Notes: a model not told the origin generated them from the letters alone. A DNA stretch of 64,000 nt from Escherichia coli O127:H6 str. E2348/69 (GCF_000026545.1 NC_011601.1); one strand, 5' to 3'; counted from the stretch's first letter, positions 39,793 to 54,713 are shown. Made by a program: numbers and translations.

Positions 39793-40014
39793 ATGAAAAG
39801 ATTAATTCCTGTGACATTGCTCACCGCATTGCTGGCGGGCTGTGCTCACGATTCGCCCTGCGTTCCGGTTTATGACGATCAGGGTCGTCTGGTTCACACC
39901 AATACCTGTATGAAAGGCACGACTCAGGATAACTGGGAAACGGCTGGGGCTATTGCCGGCGGGGCAGCAGCTGTTGCTGGCCTGACGATGGGGATCATCG
40001 CTCTGTCGAAATAA
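39793..40014 (+). CDS. yhdV: Lipoprotein YhdV, 73 aa
   Basis: ORF track; MKRLIPVTLLTALLAGCAHDSPCVPVYDDQG... lipobox LAGC. Confidence 0.9.
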   Translation: MKRLIPVTLLTALLAGCAHDSPCVPVYDDQGRLVHTNTCMKGTTQDNWETAGAIAGGAAAVAGLTMGIIALSK

Positions 40015-40021
40015 CTAAACA

Positions 40022-40046
40022 GGGCGCGGAGCTCCGCGCTCTTTTT
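40022..40046 (+). terminator. Rho-independent terminator after yhdV
   Basis: agggcgcggagctccgcgct followed by ctttttaa. Confidence 0.6.
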
Positions 40047-40348
40047 AACGATACAGTATCTTTCCATAAGATAAAATATTGCTATATTCTGCTGGGTAAT
40101 TCCCTGCTGATTTAGCATGTTATATCACGTTATTTCGCTGCTTTCGAAATAACGCATCAATTTAACTTTCACACATCTCACCAGAAATATACTCACGCTA
40201 ACAATCATTATTCTGCTTAGTAAAAAACGCGTAAATATTTTGCGCCAAAATGTGGCGCATGTTTCATTTTCGCACCATTGCGGGGCGCTGTTTTTATTAT
40301 TTCCTGTCTACACTCAGCTTATTGCGACGCGAAATCGTGCGCAAAAGC

Positions 40349-40364
40349 TGGCACTACTTTTGCT
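40349..40364 (+). promoter_or_regulatory. Sigma-54 (RpoN) -24/-12 promoter for yhdWXYZ
   Basis: TGGCAC-tactt-TTGC is a perfect match to the sigma-54 consensus TGGCAC-N5-TTGC, about 80 bp upstream of yhdW; a GCACCA half-site resembling an NtrC site lies about 70 bp further upstream. Confidence 0.65.
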
Positions 40365-40444
40365 TATAAGAGGATGGCCACAGACAGGTAAAAGACGTTT
40401 CCCAAACGTCCTATAACGATAATTTTCGCCTCACAGGAAGCATT

Positions 40445-41470
40445 ATGAAAAAGATGATGATAGCCACACTGGCTGCCGCCAGCGTGCTGCTTGCCGTTGC
40501 AAATCAGGCGCATGCTGGCGCGACGCTTGATGCCGTTCAGAAAAAAGGTTTTGTGCAATGCGGGATCAGTGATGGATTACCTGGGTTCTCTTATGCCGAT
40601 GCTGACGGTAAGTTTTCAGGTATTGATGTAGATGTTTGTCGTGGTGTTGCCGCTGCTGTATTCGGTGACGATACGAAAGTGAAATATACCCCGCTCACTG
40701 CAAAAGAACGCTTCACCGCTTTACAGTCAGGGGAGGTGGATTTGCTCTCCCGTAATACGACCTGGACTTCATCTCGCGATGCCGGGATGGGAATGGCATT
40801 TACTGGCGTCACTTATTACGACGGCATTGGCTTCCTGACGCACGATAAAGCGGGGCTAAAAAGCGCGAAAGAACTGGATGGCGCTACCGTCTGTATTCAG
40901 GCGGGGACTGATACCGAACTCAACGTCGCCGATTACTTCAAGGCAAATAATATGAAGTACACGCCAGTAACCTTCGATCGCTCAGACGAATCAGCGAAGG
41001 CTCTGGAATCTGGCCGCTGCGATACTCTGGCCTCGGATCAATCACAACTGTATGCCCTGCGCATCAAATTAAGCAACCCAGCTGAATGGATTGTCTTACC
41101 GGAAGTTATCTCTAAAGAACCACTTGGGCCGGTAGTTCGTCGTGGCGATGATGAATGGTTCTCGATTGTACGCTGGACGCTTTTCGCCATGCTGAATGCT
41201 GAAGAGATGGGCATCAATTCCCAGAACGTCGATGAAAAAGCGGCTAATCCAGCAACACCTGATATGGCACATCTGCTGGGTAAAGAAGGCGATTACGGCA
41301 AGGATCTGAAGCTGGATAATAAATGGGCCTTTAACATCATCAAACAGGTGGGTAACTACTCGGAAATTTTCGAGCGTAACGTAGGTTCAGAAAGCCCGCT
41401 GAAAATTAAACGTGGGCAAAATAATCTCTGGAATAACGGCGGTATTCAGTACGCGCCGCCCGTGCGTTAA
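40445..41470 (+). CDS. yhdW: Amino-acid ABC transporter periplasmic binding protein YhdW, 341 aa (intact)
   Basis: ORF track; MKKMMIATLAAASVLLAVANQAHA signal peptide; first gene of yhdWXYZ. Confidence 0.9.
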   Translation: MKKMMIATLAAASVLLAVANQAHAGATLDAVQKKGFVQCGISDGLPGFSYADADGKFSGIDVDVCRGVAAAVFGDDTKVKYTPLTAKERFTALQSGEVDLLSRNTTWTSSRDAGMGMAFTGVTYYDGIGFLTHDKAGLKSAKELDGATVCIQAGTDTELNVADYFKANNMKYTPVTFDRSDESAKALESGRCDTLASDQSQLYALRIKLSNPAEWIVLPEVISKEPLGPVVRRGDDEWFSIVRWTLFAMLNAEEMGINSQNVDEKAANPATPDMAHLLGKEGDYGKDLKLDNKWAFNIIKQVGNYSEIFERNVGSESPLKIKRGQNNLWNNGGIQYAPPVR

Positions 41471-41537
41471 GTCGGTGTGAGGTAACGAGCGTCGCTACGG
41501 CGGCGCTCTCTTCAGCGTTATGCTTTCCGAGGTTTCT

Positions 41538-42719
41538 ATGTCTCATCGCCGCTCAACCGTTAAAGGCTCACTCTCTTTTGCCAACCCTACGGTTCGCGCC
41601 TGGTTATTCCAGATCCTTGCCGTTGTTGCTGTTGTCGGCATTATTGGTTGGTTATTTCACAACACTGTAACGAATCTCAGTAATCGTGGCATAACATCAG
41701 GATTTGCTTTTCTTGACCGCGGGGCCGGTTTTGGCATCGTTCAGCATTTGATTGATTATCAGCAAGGCGACACTTACGGACGCGTTTTTATTGTCGGCCT
41801 ACTCAATACGCTACTGGTTTCTGCATTGTGTATTGTGTTCGCTTCTGTTTTGGGCTTCTTTATCGGTCTGGCGAGACTTTCGGATAACTGGCTGCTACGA
41901 AAGCTTTCCACAATTTATATTGAGATCTTCCGTAATATTCCCCCGCTGCTGCAAATCTTCTTCTGGTACTTTGCCGTGTTGCGCAATTTGCCCGGACCAC
42001 GACAGGCAGTGAGCGCGTTTGATCTCGCCTTTTTGAGCAATCGTGGGCTTTATATTCCGTCGCCGCAGCTGGGAGACGGATTTATTGCGTTTATCCTCGC
42101 TGTTGTTATGGCTATAGTCCTTTCAGTTGGGCTATTCCGCTTTAATAAAACATACCAGATAAAGACCGGACAGCTGCGCCGCACCTGGCCATTCGCCGCT
42201 GTGTTGATCATTGGTTTGCCTTTACTGGCGCAATGGCTTTTTGGCGCAGCACTACACTGGGATGTCCCAGCCCTTCGAGGCTTTAATTTCCGCGGCGGGA
42301 TGGTTTTAATTCCTGAACTGGCAGCCTTAACGCTGGCACTTTCGGTTTATACCTCTGCATTTATCGCCGAGATTATCCGCGCGGGGATCCAGGCAGTGCC
42401 TTATGGTCAACATGAAGCTGCTCGGTCACTGGGATTACCCAACCCGGTTACGCTACGCCAGGTCATTATTCCCCAGGCACTGCGGGTGATTATTCCACCG
42501 TTAACCAGCCAGTATCTCAACATCGTCAAAAACTCCTCTCTTGCCGCCGCGATTGGCTATCCCGATATGGTTTCGCTGTTTGCTGGCACCGTGCTGAACC
42601 AGACGGGGCAAGCCATCGAGACGATAGCCATGACCATGTCGGTCTATCTGATTATCAGCCTGACTATCTCGCTGCTGATGAATATCTATAACCGCCGCAT
42701 CGCGATCGTTGAACGCTAA
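41538..42719 (+). CDS. yhdX: Amino-acid ABC transporter permease YhdX, 393 aa
   Basis: ORF track 41520..42719; MSHRRSTVKGSLSFANPTVRAWLFQILAVVAVVG from ATG 41538. Confidence 0.9.
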   Translation: MSHRRSTVKGSLSFANPTVRAWLFQILAVVAVVGIIGWLFHNTVTNLSNRGITSGFAFLDRGAGFGIVQHLIDYQQGDTYGRVFIVGLLNTLLVSALCIVFASVLGFFIGLARLSDNWLLRKLSTIYIEIFRNIPPLLQIFFWYFAVLRNLPGPRQAVSAFDLAFLSNRGLYIPSPQLGDGFIAFILAVVMAIVLSVGLFRFNKTYQIKTGQLRRTWPFAAVLIIGLPLLAQWLFGAALHWDVPALRGFNFRGGMVLIPELAALTLALSVYTSAFIAEIIRAGIQAVPYGQHEAARSLGLPNPVTLRQVIIPQALRVIIPPLTSQYLNIVKNSSLAAAIGYPDMVSLFAGTVLNQTGQAIETIAMTMSVYLIISLTISLLMNIYNRRIAIVER

Positions 42720-42725
42720 GGAGTC

Positions 42726-43832
42726 ATGATGACAAAAGTATTGCTGTCTCATCCCCCGCGCCCGGCGAGCCATAACTCAAGCCGCGCGATGGTGTGGGTG
42801 CGAAAAAATCTGTTCTCCAGCTTGAGCAATAGCCTACTGACTATTGGCTGCATATGGTTGATGTGGGAACTGCTCCCACCGTTGCTGAACTGGGCATTTT
42901 TGCAGGCTAACTGGGTTGGCTCAACGCGTGCCGACTGCACAAAAGCCGGTGCCTGTTGGGTCTTCATCCACGAACGATTTGGTCAGTTTATGTATGGGCT
43001 TTACCCACACGACCAACGCTGGCGAATTAACCTCGCATTACTGATTGGGCTTGTGTCGATCGCACCAATGTTCTGGAAAATACTCCCGTATCGCGGTCGC
43101 TATATTGCGGTATGGGCGGTGATTTACCCACTGATTGTCTGGTGGCTGATGTATGGCGGGTTTCTTGGTCTTGAGCGGGTTGAAACCCGGCAATGGGGCG
43201 GGCTGACGCTAACTTTAATTATTGCATCAGTTGGGATTGCGGGGGCGCTGCCGTGGGGGATCTTACTGGCGTTAGGTCGCCGCTCCCATATGCCGATTGT
43301 GCGTATCTTATCGGTCATTTTTATCGAGTTCTGGCGCGGCGTACCGCTGATTACCGTTCTGTTTATGTCTTCGGTCATGCTGCCGTTGTTTATGGCAGAA
43401 GGCACCAGTATCGACAAATTGATCCGCGCGCTGGTTGGCGTGATCCTGTTTCAGTCAGCATATGTTGCGGAAGTCGTGCGAGGCGGATTACAGGCGCTGC
43501 CTAAAGGGCAATATGAAGCGGCAGAGTCGCTGGCGTTGGGTTACTGGAAAACCCAGGGGCTGGTTATTCTGCCACAGGCGTTGAAGCTGGTGATTCCTGG
43601 GCTGGTAAATACCATCATCGCACTTTTCAAAGATACCAGCCTGGTGATCATCATCGGGTTGTTCGATCTTTTCAGTAGCGTTCAGCAGGCAACCGTTGAT
43701 CCCGCCTGGTTGGGTATGTCGACGGAAGGGTATGTTTTCGCCGCACTGATCTACTGGATCTTCTGTTTCAGCATGTCACGTTATAGCCAACATCTGGAAA
43801 AACGTTTTAACACTGGGCGTACACCGCATTGA
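42726..43832 (+). CDS. yhdY: Amino-acid ABC transporter permease YhdY, about 367 aa
   Basis: ORF track; [32 protein letters not shown]...; start could be either of the two adjacent ATGs. Confidence 0.88.
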   Translation: MMTKVLLSHPPRPASHNSSRAMVWVRKNLFSSLSNSLLTIGCIWLMWELLPPLLNWAFLQANWVGSTRADCTKAGACWVFIHERFGQFMYGLYPHDQRWRINLALLIGLVSIAPMFWKILPYRGRYIAVWAVIYPLIVWWLMYGGFLGLERVETRQWGGLTLTLIIASVGIAGALPWGILLALGRRSHMPIVRILSVIFIEFWRGVPLITVLFMSSVMLPLFMAEGTSIDKLIRALVGVILFQSAYVAEVVRGGLQALPKGQYEAAESLALGYWKTQGLVILPQALKLVIPGLVNTIIALFKDTSLVIIIGLFDLFSSVQQATVDPAWLGMSTEGYVFAALIYWIFCFSMSRYSQHLEKRFNTGRTPH

Positions 43833-43839
43833 GGACACT

Positions 43840-44598
43840 ATGAGCCAAATTTTACTGCAACCTGCTAACGCGATGATTACGCTGGAAAACGTCAATAAAT
43901 GGTATGGGCAATTCCATGTTTTGAAAAATATAAATTTAACCGTACAACCGGGAGAACGGATCGTTCTGTGTGGCCCTTCTGGTTCCGGTAAATCGACAAC
44001 CATTCGTTGTATTAATCATCTGGAAGAACATCAACAGGGACGGATCGTAGTAGATGGCATCGAACTTAATGAAGATATCCGCAATATTGAGCGCGTCAGG
44101 CAGGAAGTGGGAATGGTCTTTCAGCATTTCAATCTCTTCCCTCATCTGACCGTTCTACAGAACTGTACCCTGGCACCGATTTGGGTACGCAAGATGCCTA
44201 AGAAAGAGGCTGAAGCTCTGGCGATGCATTACCTTGAGCGGGTGAGAATTGCCGAACATGCCCAGAAGTTTCCCGGACAGATTTCAGGTGGTCAGCAGCA
44301 ACGCGTTGCCATAGCACGTTCACTTTGTATGAAACCAAAGATCATGCTATTTGATGAACCTACGTCGGCGCTCGATCCGGAGATGGTGAAAGAAGTGCTG
44401 GATACGATGATTGGGCTGGCGCAGTCGGGTATGACAATGTTGTGTGTAACACATGAGATGGGGTTTGCACGAACCGTCGCTGACCGGGTGATTTTTATGG
44501 ATCGTGGGGAAATAGTGGAGCAAGCTGCACCTAATGAATTTTTTGCGCATCCTAAATCAGAGCGTACGAGGGCATTTTTATCGCAGGTAATCCATTAA
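43840..44598 (+). CDS. yhdZ: Amino-acid ABC transporter ATP-binding protein YhdZ, 252 aa
   Basis: ORF track; Walker [13 protein letters not shown] signature [13 protein letters not shown], Walker [12 protein letters not shown]. Confidence 0.95.
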   Translation: MSQILLQPANAMITLENVNKWYGQFHVLKNINLTVQPGERIVLCGPSGSGKSTTIRCINHLEEHQQGRIVVDGIELNEDIRNIERVRQEVGMVFQHFNLFPHLTVLQNCTLAPIWVRKMPKKEAEALAMHYLERVRIAEHAQKFPGQISGGQQQRVAIARSLCMKPKIMLFDEPTSALDPEMVKEVLDTMIGLAQSGMTMLCVTHEMGFARTVADRVIFMDRGEIVEQAAPNEFFAHPKSERTRAFLSQVIH

Positions 44599-44620
44599 TT
44601 GAATGTTAGTTCGAAAAGCA

Positions 44621-44647
44621 AAAAGGCCATCCTTTCGGATGGCCTTT
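44621..44647 (-). terminator. rrn operon terminator (also 3' of yhdZ on the opposite strand)
   Basis: aaaaggccatcc-tttc-ggatggccttt hairpin with T-run on the minus strand immediately downstream of the distal 5S gene. Confidence 0.7.
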
Positions 44648-44658
44648 CGCTTGATTTG

Positions 44659-44778
44659 ATGTCTGGCAGTTCCCTACTCTCGCATGGGGAGACCCCACAC
44701 TACCATCGGCGCTACGGCGTTTCACTTCTGAGTTCGGCATGGGGTCAGGTGGGACCACCGCGCTACTGCCGCCAGACA
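44659..44778 (-). rRNA. rrfF: 5S ribosomal RNA (distal copy, rrfF position)
   Basis: 120-nt reverse-complement match to E. coli 5S rRNA with a few substitutions. Confidence 0.93.
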
Positions 44779-44815
44779 AATTCTTTTCTAATCTGCCGAA
44801 CTTTAACCTAAAAAG

Positions 44816-44891
44816 TGGTGCTGATACCCAGAGTCGAACTGGGGACCTCACCCTTACCAAGGGTGCGCTCTACCAACTGAGCCATATCAGC
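44816..44891 (-). tRNA. thrV: tRNA-Thr (anticodon GGU)
   Basis: Reverse complement reads GCTGATATGGCTCAGTTGGTAGAGCGCACCCTTGGTAAGGGTGAGGTCCCCAGTTCGACTCTGGGTATCAGCACCA, recognised as E. coli tRNA-Thr; located between the two 5S genes as in rrnD. Confidence 0.93.
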
Positions 44892-44903
44892 ACGCTAAAT
44901 TTG

Positions 44904-45023
44904 ATGCCTGGCAGTTCCCTACTCTCGCATGGGGAGACCCCACACTACCATCGGCGCTACGGCGTTTCACTTCTGAGTTCGGCATGGGGTCAGGTGGGAC
45001 CACCGCGCTAAGGCCGCCAGGCA
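44904..45023 (-). rRNA. rrfD: 5S ribosomal RNA (proximal copy, rrfD position)
   Basis: 120-nt reverse-complement match to E. coli 5S rRNA. Confidence 0.93.
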
Positions 45024-45116
45024 AATTCTGTTTCATTAACCCGCTTGTCGCCGGTTAATCTAATCTGTATCAGGCTGAAAATCTTCTCTCATCCGCCAAA
45101 ACATCTTCGGCGTTGT

Positions 45117-48020
<2,904 letters not shown>

Positions 48021-48213
48021 TCACAACCCGAAGATGTTTCTTGCGATTCATCATCGTGCTGCGAAAATTTGAGAGACTCACGAACAACTCTCGTTGTTCA
48101 GTGTTTCAATTTTCAGCTTGATCCAGATTTTTAAAGAGCAAATATCTCAAACATCACCCGAAGATGAGTTTTGAGATATTAAGGCAGGTGACTTTCACTC
48201 ACAAACCAGCAAG

Positions 48214-48289
48214 TGGCGTCCCCTAGGGGATTCGAACCCCTGTTACCGCCGTGAAAGGGCGGTGTCCTGGGCCTCTAGACGAAGGGGAC
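48214..48289 (-). tRNA. tRNA-Glu (anticodon UUC) in the 16S-23S spacer
   Basis: Reverse complement reads GTCCCCTTCGTCTAGAGGCCCAGGACACCGCCCTTTCACGGCGGTAACAGGGGTTCGAATCCCCTAGGGGACGCCA, recognised as E. coli tRNA-Glu; it is the only tRNA in the 354-bp spacer. Confidence 0.93.
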
Positions 48290-48374
48290 GTATCAGTCTG
48301 CTTCGCAAGACGCCTTGCTTTTCACTTTCTATCAGACAATCTGTGTGAGCACTGCAAAGTACGCTTCTTTAAGG

Positions 48375-49916
<1,542 letters not shown>

Positions 49917-50040
49917 AAAAGTTTGATGCTCAAAGAATTAAACTTCGTAATGAATTACGTGTTCACTCCTGAGACTTGGTATTCATTTTTCGTCTTGCGA
50001 CGTTAAGAATCCGTATCTTCGAGCGCCCACACAGATTGTC

Positions 50041-50060
50041 TGATAAATTGTTAAAGAGCA
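50041..50060 (-). promoter_or_regulatory. rrn leader boxA antitermination element
   Basis: Minus strand reads TGCTCTTTAACAATTTATCA, matching the boxA consensus TGCTCTTTAACAA. Confidence 0.75.
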
Positions 50061-50100
50061 GTTGCGACGCGGCTTTCAGCTCACTGTCGCGAGGTGGCGT

Positions 50101-50128
50101 ATATTACGCTTTCCTCTTTCAGAGTCAA
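50101..50128 (-). promoter_or_regulatory. rrn P2 promoter
   Basis: Minus strand: -35 TTGACT, 16-bp spacer, -10 TAATAT, then discriminator ACGCCACC. Confidence 0.7.
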
Positions 50129-50208
50129 CCCTGAATTTCAGGATTTTTTCTCTTCGTTGTTACGACCATCTTGTGAAGTGTTTCACGTTGTCGTCTCAAC
50201 GGAGGCGC

Positions 50209-50236
50209 ATTATAGGGATCCCAATTTTTTGCACAA
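50209..50236 (-). promoter_or_regulatory. rrn P1 promoter (AT-rich UP/Fis region extends to about 50340)
   Basis: Minus strand: -35 TTGTGC, 16-bp spacer, -10 TATAAT, then GC-rich discriminator GCGCCTCC; upstream A/T tracts typical of UP element and Fis sites. Confidence 0.7.
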
Positions 50237-50388
50237 GTACTTTTTTGATCTTTTTTTCTGCTTGTTGTTTTTTCACCCTTTTTGCTGCATTCGCACACAA
50301 AACGGTGCTTTTTTGCATACTAAAAGACTTGCACAAGGCCAATAATGCACCCAAAGTCATTAGGAAATCATTTATTGTTGAGGTGAGT

Positions 50389-50943
50389 ATGTCTGATGTT
50401 TTACGCCCATACCGCGATCTTTTTCCACAAATCGGTCAGCGCGTAATGATCGACGATAGCAGCGTCGTGATTGGTGACGTTCGTCTGGCTGATGATGTGG
50501 GGATCTGGCCGCTCGTTGTGATTCGTGGAGATGTACATTATGTACAGATCGGAGCACGCACCAATATCCAGGATGGCAGTATGTTGCATGTCACTCATAA
50601 ATCCTCGTACAACCCAGATGGCAACCCATTAACCATTGGCGAAGATGTCACTGTTGGTCACAAGGTGATGCTCCACGGCTGCACCATTGGCAATCGAGTT
50701 TTGGTTGGGATGGGCTCAATTTTACTTGATGGCGCAATAGTAGAAGATGATGTGATGATTGGTGCGGGTAGTCTGGTCCCACAAAATAAACGGCTGGAGA
50801 GCGGATATCTGTATCTCGGTAGCCCCGTCAAACAGATCCGCCCGTTAAGTGATGAAGAGAAGGCTGGGTTACGCTATTCCGCAAATAACTACGTGAAATG
50901 GAAGGACGAATATCTGGATCAAGGTAACCAGACCCACCCTTGA
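50389..50943 (+). CDS. yrdA: Gamma-class carbonic-anhydrase-like hexapeptide-repeat protein YrdA, 184 aa
   Basis: ORF track 50062..50943; recognised protein starts MSDVLRPYRDLFPQIGQRVMIDDSSVVIGDV at ATG 50389 with GAGGTGA ribosome-binding site; the longer upstream extension overlaps the rrn promoters. Confidence 0.9.
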   Translation: MSDVLRPYRDLFPQIGQRVMIDDSSVVIGDVRLADDVGIWPLVVIRGDVHYVQIGARTNIQDGSMLHVTHKSSYNPDGNPLTIGEDVTVGHKVMLHGCTIGNRVLVGMGSILLDGAIVEDDVMIGAGSLVPQNKRLESGYLYLGSPVKQIRPLSDEEKAGLRYSANNYVKWKDEYLDQGNQTHP

Positions 50944-51176
50944 TCATCTTCACTTTGTTCCTGAATTAAGTTTTCCGCTTCTTCTTCCAGGTCCCAGCGA
51001 TGCTGACGAAAACTCGCTAACCACTGTTCTGGCGTATCTCCAGTAAAGCGATACGCCAGACTCTCGCCAGAGATCGCACATGTCAGTTTCATACCATTCA
51101 CGAGAGCGGGAAAACATACACATTTTTTATTCTCGTCCCACTCTTCCCTATCCGGAAACTGGATGGCCTGATTCAC
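50919..51176 (-). CDS. yrdB: Small protein YrdB (DUF1488), 85 aa
   Basis: ORF track; [38 protein letters not shown]... Confidence 0.88.
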   Translation of the reverse strand: MNQAIQFPDREEWDENKKCVCFPALVNGMKLTCAISGESLAYRFTGDTPEQWLASFRQHRWDLEEEAENLIQEQSEDDQGWVWLP

Positions 51177-51991
51177 GCTGACAACTCCTGTTGCAATAGT
51201 TTGATGACCGGTTCTACATCAGGCAGAACGCCATGCCAAAGAAGGAAGGCATGAGCCGCCTGTGCCACCAGCATTCCTAAACCATCAGCATTACGCTTTG
51301 AGCCTCGCTGCTCACACCATGCCAGAAAAGGAGTTTTTCCTTTCTGATAGAACATGTCATAGCAATAAATGCCTGGATGAATGAGCGATGACGGGATCGC
51401 CGGAATATCACCACTGATGCCACTGGATGTTGCATTAATAATGAGATCAAACTCATGACCTTCCAGTTTGTCCATACCCAACGCCTGAATACTGCCAGTG
51501 TGCGCAAACAATTTAGCCAACTCTTCCGCGCGGAATACCGTCCGATTAGTGATTGTCACCGCACAGTCCAGGGAAAGAAGTGGCAGTAGTACGCCGCGAG
51601 ATGCTCCACCAGCGCCGATGAGCAGAATACGTAAACCAGGACGGATAAAAGACAGACGTTCCAGATCGCTTAACAAGCCTACACCATCGGTATTGTCACC
51701 CAGCAGGCGTCCATCTTCTAACCGCTTGAGGGTATTAACAGCACCAGCCAACGCTGCCCGTTCAGTAAGCTCATCCGCTCTGGCAAAAGCCTCTTCTTTA
51801 AAAGGTACCGTCACATTCGCACCTTTACCACCAGCACTAAAGAAAGCGTTCAGTGTGTTGATGAAATCATTGATGGGTGCCAACACGCGCCCATAGGGAT
51901 GTTCAATATTCAGTTGCTGAGCAAATTGCTGATGAATGAATGGCGATTTGCTGTGGGCTATCGGATTACCAAAAACAGCATAGGTTTCCAT
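51173..51991 (-). CDS. aroE: Shikimate dehydrogenase AroE, 272 aa
   Basis: ORF track 51173..52018; recognised AroE starts [27 protein letters not shown] at the internal ATG (complement 51989-51991). Confidence 0.93.
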   Translation of the reverse strand: METYAVFGNPIAHSKSPFIHQQFAQQLNIEHPYGRVLAPINDFINTLNAFFSAGGKGANVTVPFKEEAFARADELTERAALAGAVNTLKRLEDGRLLGDNTDGVGLLSDLERLSFIRPGLRILLIGAGGASRGVLLPLLSLDCAVTITNRTVFRAEELAKLFAHTGSIQALGMDKLEGHEFDLIINATSSGISGDIPAIPSSLIHPGIYCYDMFYQKGKTPFLAWCEQRGSKRNADGLGMLVAQAAHAFLLWHGVLPDVEPVIKLLQQELSA

Positions 51992-51995
51992 TATG

Positions 51996-52568
51996 TTACC
52001 CCTGTCGAAACAGTTCACCCGTCAGGGCATCGCGGATTTCTGAAGGATTTAAACGCCCCCCCGTTTCACCAGGCACAACCGGGAACGCCGCGCCAAATTG
52101 TGCGCGAACTTCGTCTACTGTTCGACAAGGTGGCAATCCACTCAAGTTGGCACTGGTAGAAACCAGCGGTTTACCATAAGCCTTGCACAAAGCAACCACC
52201 AACGGATGGTCGGTGACTCGTACAGCAAGCGAATCAAAGCGGCCCGTCAACCAGCGCGGTGTTGTCGCAGGCGCGGGAAAAACAAAGGTGACAGGACCTG
52301 GCCAGCGAGAAAATATAGTTTCACGCTGCGCGTCAGTCAGCATGGTGTCATCAATATAGGGTTTAAGCTGCTCGTAATTTGCGGCGATTAGAATCAGCCC
52401 CTTATCAACCGGACGCTGTTTTAACTCCAACAGTCGCATCACTGCTGTTTCGCTATCAGGATCGCACCCGACACCGAAAACGGCTTCCGTTGGATAGGCG
52501 ATGACACGTTCTTCATTGAGGACATCTATCGCAGCTGCGATAGCGTCTCCTTGCAGGTTATTATTCAC
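51996..52568 (-). CDS. tsaC: Threonylcarbamoyl-AMP synthase TsaC (YrdC), 190 aa, GTG start
   Basis: ORF track 51996..52613; recognised sequence (M)[35 protein letters not shown] begins at GTG (complement of cac 52566-52568). Confidence 0.88.
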   Translation of the reverse strand: MNNNLQGDAIAAAIDVLNEERVIAYPTEAVFGVGCDPDSETAVMRLLELKQRPVDKGLILIAANYEQLKPYIDDTMLTDAQRETIFSRWPGPVTFVFPAPATTPRWLTGRFDSLAVRVTDHPLVVALCKAYGKPLVSTSANLSGLPPCRTVDEVRAQFGAAFPVVPGETGGRLNPSEIRDALTGELFRQG

Positions 52569-52572
52569 GTTA

Positions 52573-53115
52573 TTATTCCGCCGAAACCGGCTTTCCACAT
52601 TGTTTACTGGCACAAAAGTGTTTTACACCCTGCGCGGTTTTCTTTTCGATGAGTAGCGGATAATGACACTCAGGGCATTCTCCAGCTATGGGTTTGAAGT
52701 TAATGGCAAATTGACACTCCGGGTAGCGATCACAGGAGTGAAACGTTTTGCCATAACGGGAGCGGCGCTGGACCAGATGGCTCGTCCGGCATTGGGGGCA
52801 TGTAATTGCTGTTTCGTCCGGTTTATCGATAAGTTCGGTATGTTCGCATTCAGGGTAGTTACTGCAACCAATAAACATACCAAAGCGTCCCTGGCGTAAT
52901 ACCAGATTTGCGCCACATGCAGGGCAAACCTGCCCCTCCAGAACTTTGACAATATGTCCATCCGCTGAAGATTTCAGAGGACGGACGTAGTCACACGCCG
53001 GATACTGTGAGCATCCAAGAAACGGACCGTGTTTCCCGGATCGAATAACCAGTTCAGCCCCGCACTTTGGGCAGGACTCATTATTACGCACCATGAACAG
53101 TGCTGATTTCGCCAT
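52573..53115 (-). CDS. yrdD: Zinc-ribbon (topoisomerase-type) DNA-binding protein YrdD, 180 aa
   Basis: ORF track; repeated CPxCG...CxxYPxC zinc-ribbon motifs; [23 protein letters not shown]... Confidence 0.9.
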   Translation of the reverse strand: MAKSALFMVRNNESCPKCGAELVIRSGKHGPFLGCSQYPACDYVRPLKSSADGHIVKVLEGQVCPACGANLVLRQGRFGMFIGCSNYPECEHTELIDKPDETAITCPQCRTSHLVQRRSRYGKTFHSCDRYPECQFAINFKPIAGECPECHYPLLIEKKTAQGVKHFCASKQCGKPVSAE

Positions 53116-53143
53116 AACAACTTATGCTGAATTAAAGAAATGA

Positions 53144-53617
53144 TTAATGCAGCATACCTTCATTCACTTCAAAGAGTAATTCTTCCATTTGCTGGTACGC
53201 ATTTTCGCAGCCCGGAATATTGAACAACACCATCAGGATTACCCATTTCAGGTCTTCCAGGTCGAACTCTGCGGTATCCAGCGCGAGCACTCGCTCTATC
53301 ACCATTTCACGGGTTTCAAGGTTAAGCACCTGAATTTGCTCAAGGAAAAGCAGAAAACCACGACAGCTGGCATCCAGCCTTTCACACTCTTCAGGGGTAT
53401 AAATACGCATGGAGAGTGGATCAGAGGCCAGTTGCATCGGTTCTGCCAGTCCTTCCTGATAATCCGCAAGCTTTTCCAGCCAAAGCAGGGCATTGTAGAT
53501 ATCTTCTCGATCAAATCCTGCGTCGGTAAGATCCTGTTCAAGTTTGTCTTGATCCACACGCAACTCAGCTTCTGTGTGAATATAGGTTTCAAACAAATAC
53601 ATTAGTACGTCGAACAT
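53144..53617 (-). CDS. smg: Protein Smg, 157 aa
   Basis: ORF track; [35 protein letters not shown]... Confidence 0.93.
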
Positions 53618-54713
53618 GGCATGCCCTCCTCAATCGGACATAGCCGCCGGGTACAGCTGCGATCCATCCTGCTAACTCCAGTTCGAGTAGTTGAGTTACT
53701 ACCTCTGGCACAGGTTGGCCGGCACGTTCAGCGACGACGTCAACAGGTGTTACCTCATCTCCTACGTTAGCCAGGAGCTCAGGAAATGGCAATGCCACGT
53801 CTTCCTGATCTGGTGAATAAAATGAATTTTCAGGGGCGTCTGGCAACCAGTGCAATCCAAATTGCAAGTTTTCCAGAATTTCTTCCGGTTCCGTCACAAG
53901 AATCGCACCTTGTTTTATTAACCAGTGAGGCCCTTCGCTTCCCGGATTCCCTAATGGACCCGGCAAGGCAAAAACTTCACGCCCCTGCTCAAGCGCACAA
54001 CGTGCTGTCACCAGCGAACCACTGCGCAAAGCCGCTTCCACCACCAGTACACCTTTACTTAGACCACTGATAATGCGATTTCTTCGTGGGAAATTGTAAG
54101 CAAGGGGTGGAACATCGAGGGGAAATTCCGAGACAAGAGCCCCACCATGTTCAAGCAAACTGGTAGCCAGTCGGGCATGGCGACGCGGATGAATGGTATT
54201 AAGTCCATTCCCTAATACAGCAATGCTGACGCCATTTACCTGTAAGGCCGCTTTATGCGCCACACCATCGATTCCACGCGCCAGTCCACTCGTAATTGTC
54301 ACTCCACGCGTCGCCAGAGTTTCGCAAAATAATCGTCCCCATCGCTCGCCATACCATGAATGCGCCCGACTCCCCACTACGGCAAGCTGAAATGAATGCA
54401 GCGCGTGCAGTTCTCCTTCAACAAACAGTGCGCCGGGGTAATCTGTCGTCGCCAGAAGTTGAGGAGGATAAAATTCGCTGTCCGCAGGAATTAAATGATG
54501 GTTGGGTTGCTCCAACCAAGAAAGTGAGCTTTCGATACTCTTTCGCGGAAATGAAAGAAAGCGTTGTGCCTGCCGCAATGTAAGCCCAGTTTGCTGCAAT
54601 ACAACCGCATCAATATGCGACTGTTTTGCCAGCCAGTGAGCTATACGGACCATATCATCGCCATACAAGCTGCTGATGCTCATTAAACGCAGCCAAATTT
54701 CTGTATCGACCAT
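53589..54713 (-). CDS. dprA: DNA-processing protein DprA (Smf), 374 aa
   Basis: ORF track; [35 protein letters not shown]...; 29-bp overlap with the smg start. Confidence 0.93.

Noticed and set aside
50062-50388. N-terminal extension of yrdA in the ORF track (293-aa version)
   Set aside because: The extension runs through the rrn P1/P2 promoters and boxA leader, has a low-complexity translation, and the recognised YrdA sequence begins at ATG 50389 with a good ribosome-binding site.
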